The position numbers were made by a program, and so were the translations under genes. The notes beneath the pieces were generated by a model. That model had not been told where the DNA came from. It searched no databases and saw only the letters and a list, made by a program, of their open reading frames with translations. This document shows positions 1 through 9,312 of a DNA stretch of 64,000 nucleotides, piece after piece. Numbering within the stretch: position 1 is the stretch's first letter; each line of letters begins with the position of its first letter. Source of the stretch: a virus (Duplodnaviria; Caudoviricetes); IMG/VR virus record IMGVR_UViG_3300043432_000083, positions 1-64,000 of that record; one strand, given 5' to 3'.

Positions 1-174
1 AGCCAGGGAGCGCGGCGTGATAACCATCCGCGTCCCACCTGGTAACGGGGTCGCAGCGGAGGGGCTGCTTGGCCAGGTCCCGGAGAGGCTCGCGGGGAAC
101 ATCAAAGGTCCTGCTCGGAGAACAAAACGGGATCCGCGTTAGCGATCCATCCTCTATATTACCGAGACAGGACG

Positions 175-237
175 CCCTCGTCGGGTGACTGAGACCCGGC
201 CTGATGACGGCCCGACCAGTGCAAGGGGCCGAAAGGG
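175..237 (+). ncRNA. Hammerhead ribozyme, type III (stem III open), with one extra nt after the CUGAUGA core
   Basis: Stem III CCC 175-177/GGG 235-237; U178-A234; cleavage triplet CUC (C179); stem I GTCGGGT 180-186/ACCCGGC 194-200; core CTGATGA 201-207; stem II GGCCC 209-213/GGGCC 226-230; GAAA 231-234; loop I ACTG complementary to loop II CAGT. Confidence 0.85.
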
Positions 238-248
238 AGGAAGTTAAA

Positions 249-398
249 ATGAAGGAATGGGCAATCAAAACCCAAGGTCAAATTCTTATGTTCTGCTCCT
301 CGGAACAATCCGCAACCGTTCATTGTATTGCACTGCGGCGCGGTGGCTGGGGACTCGTGTATGTCGAACGAGTTCTCAGTAGGAGGACAGCATGCTAG
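249..398 (+). CDS. Hypothetical phage early protein
   Basis: ATG 249 with SD GGGAGG 235-240; 49 aa. Confidence 0.5.
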   Translation: MKEWAIKTQGQILMFCSSEQSATVHCIALRRGGWGLVYVERVLSRRTAC

Positions 399-598
399 AT
401 GAGAAGTTGATCAGATTAGTTAGACAATATCACAAGGTCGATGGAGAAGGATATCGCCCGCGTCAACAGAGGAGAATGATTCAGGGAAAAGCATCGCAGT
501 ATATTCTTCGTTCATATTCGCAGGACTATAGAATACTGATGGATGAGTGGGAGCGCATGGCAAAACCGCAACCGCGCTTTGTACAATGCATTGGATGA
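392..598 (+). CDS. Hypothetical protein
   Basis: SD AGGAGG upstream; overlaps previous ORF. Confidence 0.55.
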   Translation: MLDEKLIRLVRQYHKVDGEGYRPRQQRRMIQGKASQYILRSYSQDYRILMDEWERMAKPQPRFVQCIG

Positions 599-615
599 TT
601 AAAAGGGAGGATGAG

Positions 616-909
616 ATGAAATTCCCACTTGAGATCAACGATGAAACACGTCTTGTGGAAGTGCGGGATGTGTGGGGAGATGGAAAGGCGTTCGACACCG
701 TTAAGCCGGTAGGTGCTTGGCAGAAGAGATCTGGCAAACAATGGGCGAGCATCGTGCGATTCTGGCAACAGCCGGACGGGAGCTACAAACCAGATACATG
801 GACTGTTCGTCTCAATCGCCAAGGATACCGACTGGTCGGATGGGCAGATCAGATTGCCCAGCAGCAAGAGTCGCAGCACAATTCTGCTTGTCATGTTAAG
901 CGGACATAA
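616..909 (+). CDS. Hypothetical protein
   Basis: SD GGGAGG before ATG 616 (MKFPLEIN...). Confidence 0.6.
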   Translation: MKFPLEINDETRLVEVRDVWGDGKAFDTVKPVGAWQKRSGKQWASIVRFWQQPDGSYKPDTWTVRLNRQGYRLVGWADQIAQQQESQHNSACHVKRT

Positions 910-924
910 AAAGGGAGGAGTGAA

Positions 925-1212
925 ATGTTGACCATTGACATCCAGAATATCAGTAGCGTCTACAGTGGGAAGTCAGGGGCGTGTTGTTGCGGTTGCAAAG
1001 GGAAACACACATATGCCAGCACGCATCAAGAGTGGGCGGGAACGCATCGCGGCTACGCAGTCAGGGACGACGAGGTCAACGACCGAACAGTGAAGCTGAT
1101 CGTCAATAAAATCTTGAAAGCAGATCCTACGACGGTGCTGGAAAACAGCAGCGAGATGATTGCGGTGGATAATGGCTCTCGGCTTCTCGTTGCATATAGG
1201 AGGACAGCATGA
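925..1212 (+). CDS. Hypothetical phage protein with CCCGC motif
   Basis: SD GGAGG; SVYSGKSGACCCGCKG. Confidence 0.7.
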   Translation: MLTIDIQNISSVYSGKSGACCCGCKGKHTYASTHQEWAGTHRGYAVRDDEVNDRTVKLIVNKILKADPTTVLENSSEMIAVDNGSRLLVAYRRTA

Positions 1213-1403
1213 AAACCAATTGGGTCGCTCCGGGCGAAGGCGCAACAATCTGGGAATTAACGGAGCTATTAGACTGGACGCCGATGCGTTTTATTTTCCC
1301 ACCATATACGCCGAATATGAAAACAAACCTAGCGATCTCCTCGACCGGCGTGGTAGAAGAATATGACCGACAACGATTCGCGGTCGCGGAGGTGAAGGGA
1401 TGA
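1209..1403 (+). CDS. Hypothetical protein
   Basis: ATGA overlap, SD GGAGG. Confidence 0.5.
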   Translation: MKTNWVAPGEGATIWELTELLDWTPMRFIFPPYTPNMKTNLAISSTGVVEEYDRQRFAVAEVKG

Positions 1404-1660
1404 CGATCAGCCGATGCATGTGTGGCAAGCGCAAATCGCGCAATTGGGATCGATGCATTTCTTGCCAGACCTTCGAGAGCAGGAAGCGGATTGCTGAGGT
1501 TAAAGCAATCGTCACCTCCGGCAAGTGCCCGGACTGCGGAACTGGACTGCGGCGCAACCTCGCACTGACCGGCTGGTGGCAGTGCAGCCAGTATGGGGCC
1601 GAGGGCTTCAGGACAGATAGCAGCAAGCCCAGCTGCTCCTGGCAGGGATTCACAAGCTAA
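1400..1660 (+). CDS. Zinc-ribbon protein
   Basis: CMC..CISC..CPDC..C motifs; ATGA overlap. Confidence 0.65.
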   Translation: MTISRCMCGKRKSRNWDRCISCQTFESRKRIAEVKAIVTSGKCPDCGTGLRRNLALTGWWQCSQYGAEGFRTDSSKPSCSWQGFTS

Positions 1661-1723
1661 GCCGAAACCGGAGCGCCGTCGACTCCGGTCGTCCTGCGGT
1701 GGTGCGCAGGACCTGATGATGGC
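1661..1723 (+). ncRNA. Hammerhead ribozyme, type II (stem II open)
   Basis: GCC 1661-63 + GAAA 1664-67; stem III CCGGAG 1668-73/CTCCGG 1683-88; GUC cleavage triplet (C1690); stem I GTCCTGCG 1691-98/CGCAGGAC 1705-12; CTGATGA 1713-19; extra T; GGC 1721-23; fully intergenic. Confidence 0.88.
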
Positions 1724-1748
1724 AGCCAATAAACAGGAGGGAAGGGAT

Positions 1749-1955
1749 ATGGCAACGGGAGATAGATGGTCAGTGCTTCCAAAGACGACAAACAGTGCAG
1801 AAACAAAAGCTGCCTACGCTGCGCTTAGGGCGCTAGGATTCAAGTTGCACCCTGCATATCGCTCAAAGGCGCAAGCAGAAGTCGATGCCGAGAGAATGTT
1901 CAAGCTCACAGGGCATACGTTCTTTGTATCACAAACGCTGGACATTATTTTCTAG
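1749..1955 (+). CDS. Hypothetical protein
   Basis: SD AGGAGG upstream of ATG 1749. Confidence 0.6.
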   Translation: MATGDRWSVLPKTTNSAETKAAYAALRALGFKLHPAYRSKAQAEVDAERMFKLTGHTFFVSQTLDIIF

Positions 1956-1989
1956 GGGCGATAGCCAACAAAACGGGAGGGAGAGGATC

Positions 1990-2700
1990 ATGGCAACCAC
2001 AACGATGGAGAGCGAGAAGACCTTGGTGCAGTTGCAGGAAGAGGCCAAGCAGGCGCAGGAGCGACTGGCCCAGGCGCAGGAGACAGCTCGGAAAGCCGAA
2101 CGCGAAGCCAAGGACCGAGCGAAGCGCGAGGAATGGGTCACCGAGAAGAGACAGCAGGACACGATCCGCCTGAACATCCTGAAGGAGCTTCAAGCCGCAC
2201 TGAAAGTCAAAGGGATCGAGGCAACGATCACAGAAGGTCGCCGGACAGAGGAGCGCGGCTATGCCGATTGGACCAACTCCTTTCTGCGCGGCGACATCAC
2301 GATGCCTGGCGTGGACATCATCAACAAGTGGTCTGGGCTGGAGATCAATATCCACGCAGATAATGCAGAAGGTCGGACCGTTCGGTTCCCGAAGCGCAAG
2401 GACGGCAGCTTCAACTATGCCAAGATCGCCCAAGGGATCGCAGATCGACAGAAATTCCTTAAGGACCGGGATACGCGGTACAAGCAAGAGGCATCGGTGA
2501 GCACAGTCACCAAACAGATTGCCAAGCGGTTGCAGGACAAGTTCGGCCTGTCGGAATGGAGCAACTTAGTTTCCGCACACAGTAATGTTGGGCATGAGGA
2601 CAAGGTCGCGGTGGTGCTTGGGAGGCATTTACTGACCGAGGAGCAAGCGGAGAAGCTAATCACATTTGCCATCAACGAGTTGAGACTGTCATTCAGATAG
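1990..2700 (+). CDS. Hypothetical protein with N-terminal coiled coil
   Basis: SD before ATG 1990; E/Q/K/A-rich heptad N-terminus. Confidence 0.7.
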   Translation: MATTTMESEKTLVQLQEEAKQAQERLAQAQETARKAEREAKDRAKREEWVTEKRQQDTIRLNILKELQAALKVKGIEATITEGRRTEERGYADWTNSFLRGDITMPGVDIINKWSGLEINIHADNAEGRTVRFPKRKDGSFNYAKIAQGIADRQKFLKDRDTRYKQEASVSTVTKQIAKRLQDKFGLSEWSNLVSAHSNVGHEDKVAVVLGRHLLTEEQAEKLITFAINELRLSFR

Positions 2701-2709
2701 GAGGGAGCG

Positions 2710-3153
2710 ATGAAGAAAATCAGGGGGCAGAATCACCAAGAGGCGGCGTGGTTCACGGAAGCGTTCCGCGACGCCCAGCAGACCGTGGACCTGATCGGTC
2801 GCCTGGACGTCAAGATGGACGAGCTGGAGCATGAGCGCAATCACCATGCCGAGGAGCTGAAGCAGGCCCTCGCCAAGTTCAAGTCGTTGGGTCTGGAGCC
2901 GAAGGTCGAGGGCATGCACTATCAGGGCAATCTGTACGACCAGGAGAAGACGAGCATCCCGGTGATAGAGTTCAAGCGGGTCTGTCCGCCGAGCAAGTTC
3001 CTGAGCTGTGTGCAGGTCATCATCACGCGGGCGCGGGAAGTGCTGGGCAGCGAGACGGTGGCGGAGCAGTGGCCGCCGACGCCAGGGACGCCGAGGTTGG
3101 TGGTGAAGGCAAAGGCAGAGAGCAAGCAGCAGGCGAGGGAGAAGGCAGCATGA
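2710..3153 (+). CDS. Hypothetical phage protein
   Basis: SD GGAGGG; 147 aa with coiled-coil N-half. Confidence 0.7.
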   Translation: MKKIRGQNHQEAAWFTEAFRDAQQTVDLIGRLDVKMDELEHERNHHAEELKQALAKFKSLGLEPKVEGMHYQGNLYDQEKTSIPVIEFKRVCPPSKFLSCVQVIITRAREVLGSETVAEQWPPTPGTPRLVVKAKAESKQQAREKAA

Positions 3154-3335
3154 CGCGAGTGAAGACAGTTAACGGTTTTATGATCCCGGTGACGGCGCGA
3201 AACAAGCAGCGAATTGACAAGTTGCGACGCAAATACCAAGAGGAGTTCTCGCTGCATTTGCATGTCTATGATTTGGTCGGTTGTGTATATGGGCGGGAGA
3301 TCCTCCGAATCAAACGAAAGGTGGGGGCGGCATGA
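3150..3335 (+). CDS. Hypothetical basic protein
   Basis: ATGA overlap. Confidence 0.45.
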   Translation: MTRVKTVNGFMIPVTARNKQRIDKLRRKYQEEFSLHLHVYDLVGCVYGREILRIKRKVGAA

Positions 3336-3467
3336 CTTGGCTTGGGAACAACACAGACGCATGGTTACTGATCGGGATCGCTGTTCTCGTGGCGTGGATA
3401 GTAACACGATTGATCGACTGAGGAGGAATCAATATAGTCGTCTCGCAAGAGGCAAGAAGGAGGGAAG

Positions 3468-3653
3468 ATGGTAGAGTACAAAGGTCAACGAGAGCCGTTT
3501 TACGGTGGGTGTAGATATTACTGCACCTGTGGCCAATCGGTGGAAATCGAATATCCTCCGATAGAAACGGAGTTATCAGCTCCCAATCACAAGGAGAATG
3601 ATCGACAGGTCGATCAGTTTTTCGCCAGACACTCAGATTGTCCGGTCGAGTAG
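3468..3653 (+). CDS. Small Cys/His metal-binding protein
   Basis: SD GGAGG; CTC...HSDC. Confidence 0.55.
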   Translation: MVEYKGQREPFYGGCRYYCTCGQSVEIEYPPIETELSAPNHKENDRQVDQFFARHSDCPVE

Positions 3654-3705
3654 CTTCGGCAGCAACCCCGCTCAGGTCATCGGACAGACCTTTAGGAGGA
3701 GGTGC

Positions 3706-3966
3706 ATGAAGACAGCAGCTCAGAAATATCTGGTGCGGAGTCGGTACGGATGGGGCTGGGAAGTTATCGCCAATGACAAAGGCTGGCGAACTGATCCCAT
3801 TGAGTTCCGGTGGCTGGCTGAGGCCATTGCAGCGAAGCTGAATGAGGGGCAGCCGTATTCCAAGGCCATCATTGCAGCGGGCGGGCGATTCAGCAAAGCG
3901 GACGGTCAAGTCTATTCCAATAAGGACCGGATAGAGATTCGATCACTGACGCGGGCACACATATAG
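3706..3966 (+). CDS. Hypothetical protein
   Basis: SD AGGAGGAGG before ATG 3706. Confidence 0.6.
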   Translation: MKTAAQKYLVRSRYGWGWEVIANDKGWRTDPIEFRWLAEAIAAKLNEGQPYSKAIIAAGGRFSKADGQVYSNKDRIEIRSLTRAHI

Positions 3967-3979
3967 CGGAGGCTGCGAG

Positions 3980-4174
3980 ATGACTGGCAAGCAAGCTGAA
4001 GTGAAATTCCGAGACTATGCCAGAAGCAAAGGCTATGGCGAAAAGATCGTCGGGGACAACGCCTACAGCAAGACACGATCTCCGCAGTCGCCGATGATCC
4101 GTCTGATAGGGGCGAAAGGGGGCAAACTGCAAATCTATGAAACCACCAAAGGGCGATATGAAATCCAAGCGTAG
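3980..4174 (+). CDS. Hypothetical protein
   Basis: SD GGAGG. Confidence 0.55.
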   Translation: MTGKQAEVKFRDYARSKGYGEKIVGDNAYSKTRSPQSPMIRLIGAKGGKLQIYETTKGRYEIQA

Positions 4175-4424
4175 AAGGGGGCGACCGAAAATGATTCCAC
4201 GAGACGCGCAGCAGATTGAGCAGACGCAGTACATGTCCGTCACCGAGGCCATGGCCTATGCCGAGCGCCTGGGCATCACCACTACCCGCATGGGAATGAT
4301 CAATTGGCTTGACAAGTTTAGCCTAGGGCACCGCCTTGGGCCGGGCGGACACTGGGTGGTGGAGCGAGAGAAGCTAGGCAAGTTCCTTCGCGAGGGCGTA
4401 GTTGGTGAAGCAACGAGGAACTGA
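4158..4424 (+). CDS. Excisionase-like HTH DNA-binding protein with N-terminal AT-hook-like motif
   Basis: RRRGRPK followed by YMSVTEAMAYAERLG...GGHWVVEREKL (winged-HTH pattern). Confidence 0.65.
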   Translation: MKSKRRRGRPKMIPRDAQQIEQTQYMSVTEAMAYAERLGITTTRMGMINWLDKFSLGHRLGPGGHWVVEREKLGKFLREGVVGEATRN

Positions 4425-4654
4425 TGACGAAATGGGAGCGGTCCTATTTACGACAAGCGCTGTTTGCTGCGATTGATGAGCACACCTATCGCATCGAGTC
4501 CTATCGGATCGACTATAGCCATCACAAGGATGCATATCGACGCCCAAAAGTAGTGCCGGCAGAATATAAAGCGGACGTAGCAAGGCTAAAGCGAAAGATT
4601 AAGATATGGAAGATATTACTGGTGAAATTGAAAGATGCGGGAGCTGAGATATGA
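4424..4654 (+). CDS. Hypothetical protein
   Basis: TGATG overlap. Confidence 0.5.
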   Translation: MTKWERSYLRQALFAAIDEHTYRIESYRIDYSHHKDAYRRPKVVPAEYKADVARLKRKIKIWKILLVKLKDAGAEI

Positions 4655-4793
4655 ACCTCAGACGGAGCGTCAGGATTCTGGCGTTGCGGGTGCGGATCAA
4701 GCGCCGCCTGCGCCTGGCAGGGCTCCAGGTCTGGTGGGACATGAACATCCCAGACTTCGTAGCAGCATTGGAACAGATGAGGAGGATAGTTCG

Positions 4794-5093
4794 ATGATCT
4801 ATCGAGAACGGTTGAGACAAGCCATGGTCGCTGGAGCCGAGATCATTCCCGACGAGATGCAGACAGACCTCGATAAGCTGATCCTGTACGCCTACTACCA
4901 GGGCAAAACGGACGGCGTGCGGGAGGTTTGCCATATCCACACCAAGCAGATCAAGCGGGCCAAGGAGCAGGCCAAGGTATTGCGGTATCATCGCATGGCC
5001 GAGCGAGCACTGCCGGACGAGGTCATCTATCACGCGGACTACGCCGGAGACTATCCGGAGACGTTCGGCAGCGACGAATGGAAAGGGGAGTGA
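4794..5093 (+). CDS. Hypothetical protein
   Basis: SD GAGGAGG before ATG 4794. Confidence 0.6.
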   Translation: MIYRERLRQAMVAGAEIIPDEMQTDLDKLILYAYYQGKTDGVREVCHIHTKQIKRAKEQAKVLRYHRMAERALPDEVIYHADYAGDYPETFGSDEWKGE

Positions 5094-5094
5094 C

Positions 5095-5814
5095 ATGACG
5101 CGCAATGCCTATATTCAGTCGATCCTGGACGAGCAGGACCGGACCGGCATCCCGGCAGTGGCCTATGACGACTGGATCGTCACGCCGATCACCAAGTTTG
5201 CCATCGACCAGATAGGTCCCGGCGACTGGTGGCTGAAGCCTCTGCACGGCATGAGCAAAGATGGATTCGACCGGACGCTGCAGCAATGCTTGTCCGGCAA
5301 TTTACTGAATGGTGCCAAGTTCGCCTATGGCAGCCATAACGACGCGGCGGAAGTGCGTCTCAAGGAGCTGATCGTTGAAGCTCGACGAGAGGAAGAGATA
5401 CGGAAGCAACTAATCGAAGCTGAGCAGTCAGAACGTGTCCGCTGGCTGGCTGCAAAGACCGAGCTGGACACCGCAGTCAAGAAGCTGAAGTGGCAGCGAA
5501 AAGACATCGTCATCACGACAGCAGGTGGCGTAGAGATAACGGTATTGGCAACATGCTATGGCAATCTGGCAGTCCATAAAGCCTTTGGGAATAACAAAGG
5601 ATGGGTCTTGACGGACCTCAAGACGCTGAAGGGCTTTGGCTTGACATTCCCGATGCAGCATCTGGCCAAGGTGGCTGCGTATCGATTCCTACTGCTGCCA
5701 GACAGTGAGTTGGAGGTAGTGCGGCGCAATGGGAAGAATAAGAAAGTAAAGGCCGCGCAGGCGTTTGCACTGAGGGACTACCTGAGCACCGGCGATCCTT
5801 ACGCAGGGATTTGA
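5095..5814 (+). CDS. Hypothetical protein
   Basis: 239-aa ORF tightly coupled to neighbours. Confidence 0.7.
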   Translation: MTRNAYIQSILDEQDRTGIPAVAYDDWIVTPITKFAIDQIGPGDWWLKPLHGMSKDGFDRTLQQCLSGNLLNGAKFAYGSHNDAAEVRLKELIVEARREEEIRKQLIEAEQSERVRWLAAKTELDTAVKKLKWQRKDIVITTAGGVEITVLATCYGNLAVHKAFGNNKGWVLTDLKTLKGFGLTFPMQHLAKVAAYRFLLLPDSELEVVRRNGKNKKVKAAQAFALRDYLSTGDPYAGI

Positions 5815-5827
5815 AACGGAGAACAAC

Positions 5828-7432
5828 ATGAAAACCGTCAGCATCATCCCAGACAAACAGCTCTTCTGCGTTAGATTTCCTTACGATCCGGTGATGGTAG
5901 CTAAGGTCAAAGACCTGCCGGGTCGTCGGTGGAATCCTGCCGACAAGGTCTGGACACTTCCGGTCAGCGAGGAGTCGCTGGAGGCGCTGCTGTCCTGGGA
6001 ATTCCAGCCGTCTGATGGCGTCAAGGCATGGCAGGAGCGGATGTCGGCTCCGCCTACAGCTGCCATCGACGAGTCGAAGCTGGACCCGCGCCTGATGCCG
6101 TACCAGCGTCAGGGTGTGCAGGGGATCGTCAATCGACGTGGCAGAGTCCTACTGGGAGATGACATGGGCCTCGGAAAGTCTTGCCAAGCCCTGTCCTGGC
6201 TGCGACTGCATCCAGACGCCACTCCGGCGATTGTAGTCTGCCCCAGTAGCCTAAAGCTCAACTGGGAGCGCGAGATACGAATGTGGATCGGACAGGAGCC
6301 GAAGGTCGCTATTCTCTACGGGCGCAATGGGACAGGACTACCGGAGGCAAACATCTACATTGTCAACTATGATATCCTTGCGGCATGGCTGATGGAGCTG
6401 ACTGGTAAGGGATTCAAGACAGTGATTGTAGATGAAAGTCATTTCATCAAGGGGCAAAGTCAGCGGACAAAGGCAGTCAAGGGGCTGTGTAAGGGCGTAT
6501 CGAATGTGCTGATGCTGTCTGGCACGCCCATTGTGAATCGTCCGATGGAGGCATACAACACACTGAACATTCTAGCACCAGAGCATTTCCCAAGTCGGTT
6601 CAAATACGGCCTGCGATATTGTGCAGGCTATCAATCGCGATGGGGGTGGGACTTTACCGGCGCGTCGAATACGGACGAACTAAACAAGAAGCTGATCGAT
6701 ACGGTAATGATCCGGCGTCGTAAGGAGGATGTGCTCAAGGACCTGCCGGAGAAGGTCCATGCGGTCGTCCCGATGGAGATCAGCAACCGCAGCGAGTACC
6801 GCAAGGCGCAGGAGGATTTCGTCTTATGGCTACGAGAGAAGGGCGAGAAGGTCCGGGCGGAGTCGGCGTCGCGGGCCGAGGCGTTAGCCACGGTCGAAGG
6901 ACTGAAGCAGCTCACGATCAAGGGCAAGTTGGATGCCTGTCTGGAATGGATTGAAAGCGCATTGGAGCAGGATAATAAGCTATTAACCTTTATGAATCAC
7001 AAGCTGGCGGTCGATGCAGTGATGGCGCGGTTCGGTGACAAGGCTGTCAAGGTAGATGGATCGGTGGTGGGGGACGATAGGCAGGTGGCAGTGGATCGGT
7101 TTCAGACAGATGACACGGTCCGACTGTTCGTTGGCAACATCAAAGCAGCGGGCGCGGGATTAACTCTGACTGCAGCGACGCACATAGCGTTTCTCGAATT
7201 TCCATGGGCGCCAGGGGACGTGGATCAGTGCATAAGTAGAGCATATGCGCGAGTGAATAATTTACACGGGATTAATGTCTGGTATCTGATCGCCAAGGAT
7301 ACCATCGAGGAGCGGATCTGCAAGCTGCTGGACGACAAGCGGAAGGTATTGGGGCGAGTGCTGGATGGGAAGACAAGCGGAGCGGACGAGCAGGGCATAT
7401 TCGAGGCATTGTTGGCTGCGCTGAAGGAGTAA
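5828..7432 (+). CDS. SNF2-family helicase with N-terminal HARP-like domain (SMARCAL1-like annealing helicase)
   Basis: GDDMGLGKS (motif I), IVDESH (II), LSGTP (III), AAGAGLTLT (V), QCISRAYAR (VI); N-terminal RFPYDPVMVAKVKDLPGRRWNPADKVWTLP. Confidence 0.92.
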   Translation: MKTVSIIPDKQLFCVRFPYDPVMVAKVKDLPGRRWNPADKVWTLPVSEESLEALLSWEFQPSDGVKAWQERMSAPPTAAIDESKLDPRLMPYQRQGVQGIVNRRGRVLLGDDMGLGKSCQALSWLRLHPDATPAIVVCPSSLKLNWEREIRMWIGQEPKVAILYGRNGTGLPEANIYIVNYDILAAWLMELTGKGFKTVIVDESHFIKGQSQRTKAVKGLCKGVSNVLMLSGTPIVNRPMEAYNTLNILAPEHFPSRFKYGLRYCAGYQSRWGWDFTGASNTDELNKKLIDTVMIRRRKEDVLKDLPEKVHAVVPMEISNRSEYRKAQEDFVLWLREKGEKVRAESASRAEALATVEGLKQLTIKGKLDACLEWIESALEQDNKLLTFMNHKLAVDAVMARFGDKAVKVDGSVVGDDRQVAVDRFQTDDTVRLFVGNIKAAGAGLTLTAATHIAFLEFPWAPGDVDQCISRAYARVNNLHGINVWYLIAKDTIEERICKLLDDKRKVLGRVLDGKTSGADEQGIFEALLAALKE

Positions 7433-7448
7433 GCGAGGGAGGATAATC

Positions 7449-7667
7449 GTGATCAAGAAGAGGTCGAAGCGACGTGGCAAAATTGAGATTGACCTGACCG
7501 GACCGGAGGGCAATGCCTATGTGCTAATGGGCTATGTGCAGTTATTGTCGAAGCAACTCGACCGCGATCCGAAACCGGTCCTGGATGAAATGATGTCCGG
7601 CGACTACGAACATCTGGTGCGGGTCTTCGACCGAGAATTCGGGCACATCGTGACGCTGTATCGGTGA
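7449..7667 (+). CDS. Conserved hypothetical phage protein
   Basis: IDLTGPEGNAYVLMG...EMMSGDYEHL pattern; GTG start with SD. Confidence 0.75.
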   Translation: MIKKRSKRRGKIEIDLTGPEGNAYVLMGYVQLLSKQLDRDPKPVLDEMMSGDYEHLVRVFDREFGHIVTLYR

Positions 7668-7696
7668 GCGCAATCACAAAGAGGAGGGATAGGGAG

Positions 7697-9310
7697 ATGA
7701 AAGAGGAGATCAAAGCCTATTGGGAAGCGGGCTATCCGGGCCTGTATCTGCTGACCAGCGAGGAGACGCGGGCCGAGCGGACACTACAGGAAATCGTCAC
7801 CGAGAAGCAGCAAGACAATCCCGCGCCGGAGCAGCCGAGGCTATATCGATGGTCGCTGACGACCGGCTGGACACATCCGAGCAACCAGCCGGTATCGACT
7901 GGGCAGGGAGACACCACCGATCCGGTCGAGGCACTGAATGCCATGGCAAAGTTCCCAACAGAGACCATCGCGGTGTTGAAGGACTTCCATCCGTTTTTAG
8001 AGGTGCCGATCGTGCTGCGCAAACTGCGGGAGATCATGCGACTGTACAAGGCCAGTTACCGGCGCATGGCCATTCTGCTTTCTCCGGTGATGAAGCTGCC
8101 GGAGGAGATCAAGCGAGAGCTGACGGTGGTCGAGTTTGCTTTGCCGACGCGGGAAGACCTGGGCGAGGTGCTAGACGGTCTGTGTACCGCGAACAAGATC
8201 ACCACGCCGGAGAACGGGGCACGGGAACGGATCGTCGAGGCAGGTATGGGCATGACCACCGACGAGTTCGAGAATGCGCTGTCTCAGCTCTGGCAGGCGA
8301 AGCAGAGCTTCACGACAGACGGGATCGGCATTGTCTACCGGGAGAAGTCGCAGGTCATCAAGAAGTCCGGTGCGCTGGAATGCATTCTGGACAGCGGAGA
8401 GTCACTGGACACAGTCGGAGGCTATGATCTATACAAGTCGTTCGTCGAAGGACTGTGTATGGCCTCGCAGAAGGAGGCGCGGAAGTTCGGCCTGCAGAAT
8501 CCCAAGGGCGTGCTGCTTGTCGGGCCTCCTGGAGTCGGTAAGTCTCTCTGCGCGAAAGCGACCATGACCGTCATGGGCTGGCCGGGATTAAGGTTGGACT
8601 GTGGTGCCTTGTTTGGGCAATACGTCGGCCAGTCGGAGCAGCAGACGCGGGACGCATTAAAAACGGCTGAGGCGATGGCGCCCTGCGTGCTGTGGATTGA
8701 TGAGGTGGAAAAAGGCATCGGCACTGCGTCAGCGATGGGATTGACGGACTCCGGCACTTCCAGCCGCGTGGTGGCAACGATCCTGACCTGGTTGCAAGAG
8801 AAAACGGCGCCGGTGATTGTGGTCGCGACCGCGAACGAGATCCAGCGCATCCCTGACGCCCTGATGCGGGTAGGTCGGTTCAACGCAATCTTCTGGTGCG
8901 AACTACCGACAGTCGGAGAGCGCGCCGACATCCTGAAGATTCACCTACTGAAGAAGAATCGCTGGCCGCTGCCTGGACAGTCGATGGCAAATAGCGAAAA
9001 GCTGCTGAGGGATTTGGCCTCCTCAGCAGAAGGCTTCTCTGGTGCAGAACTGGCCGGAGCGGTCGAGGAAGGGCTGATGCAAGCCTTCCGGGAGCGGGTC
9101 AAAGGGAAGCATCCGAAGCGGGATCTGGAAGTCGGGGACATCCGAGCGGCGTTGGCAGCGATTGTGCCGCTGAGCCGACGCAGTCCTGAGTCAATGGAGG
9201 CGAGTCGGAAATGGGCACAGGGATTTGCCCGCCCGGTCAGTACCGAAGCGGAACTGGCCAAGCAGATGCCGACAGGGTCGGAGCGGAAACTACGGAGAGG
9301 AGAGGGATAA
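7697..9310 (+). CDS. Ycf46-like AAA+ ATPase (degenerate N-terminal AAA plus active C-terminal AAA)
   Basis: N-terminal YLLTSEETR and LKDFHPF; Walker A GPPGVGKS; Walker B LWIDEVEK; SRH ATAN..PDALMRVGRF; GFSGAEL. Confidence 0.9.
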   Translation: MKEEIKAYWEAGYPGLYLLTSEETRAERTLQEIVTEKQQDNPAPEQPRLYRWSLTTGWTHPSNQPVSTGQGDTTDPVEALNAMAKFPTETIAVLKDFHPFLEVPIVLRKLREIMRLYKASYRRMAILLSPVMKLPEEIKRELTVVEFALPTREDLGEVLDGLCTANKITTPENGARERIVEAGMGMTTDEFENALSQLWQAKQSFTTDGIGIVYREKSQVIKKSGALECILDSGESLDTVGGYDLYKSFVEGLCMASQKEARKFGLQNPKGVLLVGPPGVGKSLCAKATMTVMGWPGLRLDCGALFGQYVGQSEQQTRDALKTAEAMAPCVLWIDEVEKGIGTASAMGLTDSGTSSRVVATILTWLQEKTAPVIVVATANEIQRIPDALMRVGRFNAIFWCELPTVGERADILKIHLLKKNRWPLPGQSMANSEKLLRDLASSAEGFSGAELAGAVEEGLMQAFRERVKGKHPKRDLEVGDIRAALAAIVPLSRRSPESMEASRKWAQGFARPVSTEAELAKQMPTGSERKLRRGEG

Positions 9311-9312
9311 TC

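Noticed and set aside
150-165. Sigma-70 promoter at TATATT
   Set aside because: No recognisable -35 element; cannot be supported.
4421-4435. CTGATGACGAAA as a hammerhead core
   Set aside because: There is no room for stem II; it is simply the TGATG stop/start overlap of two genes.
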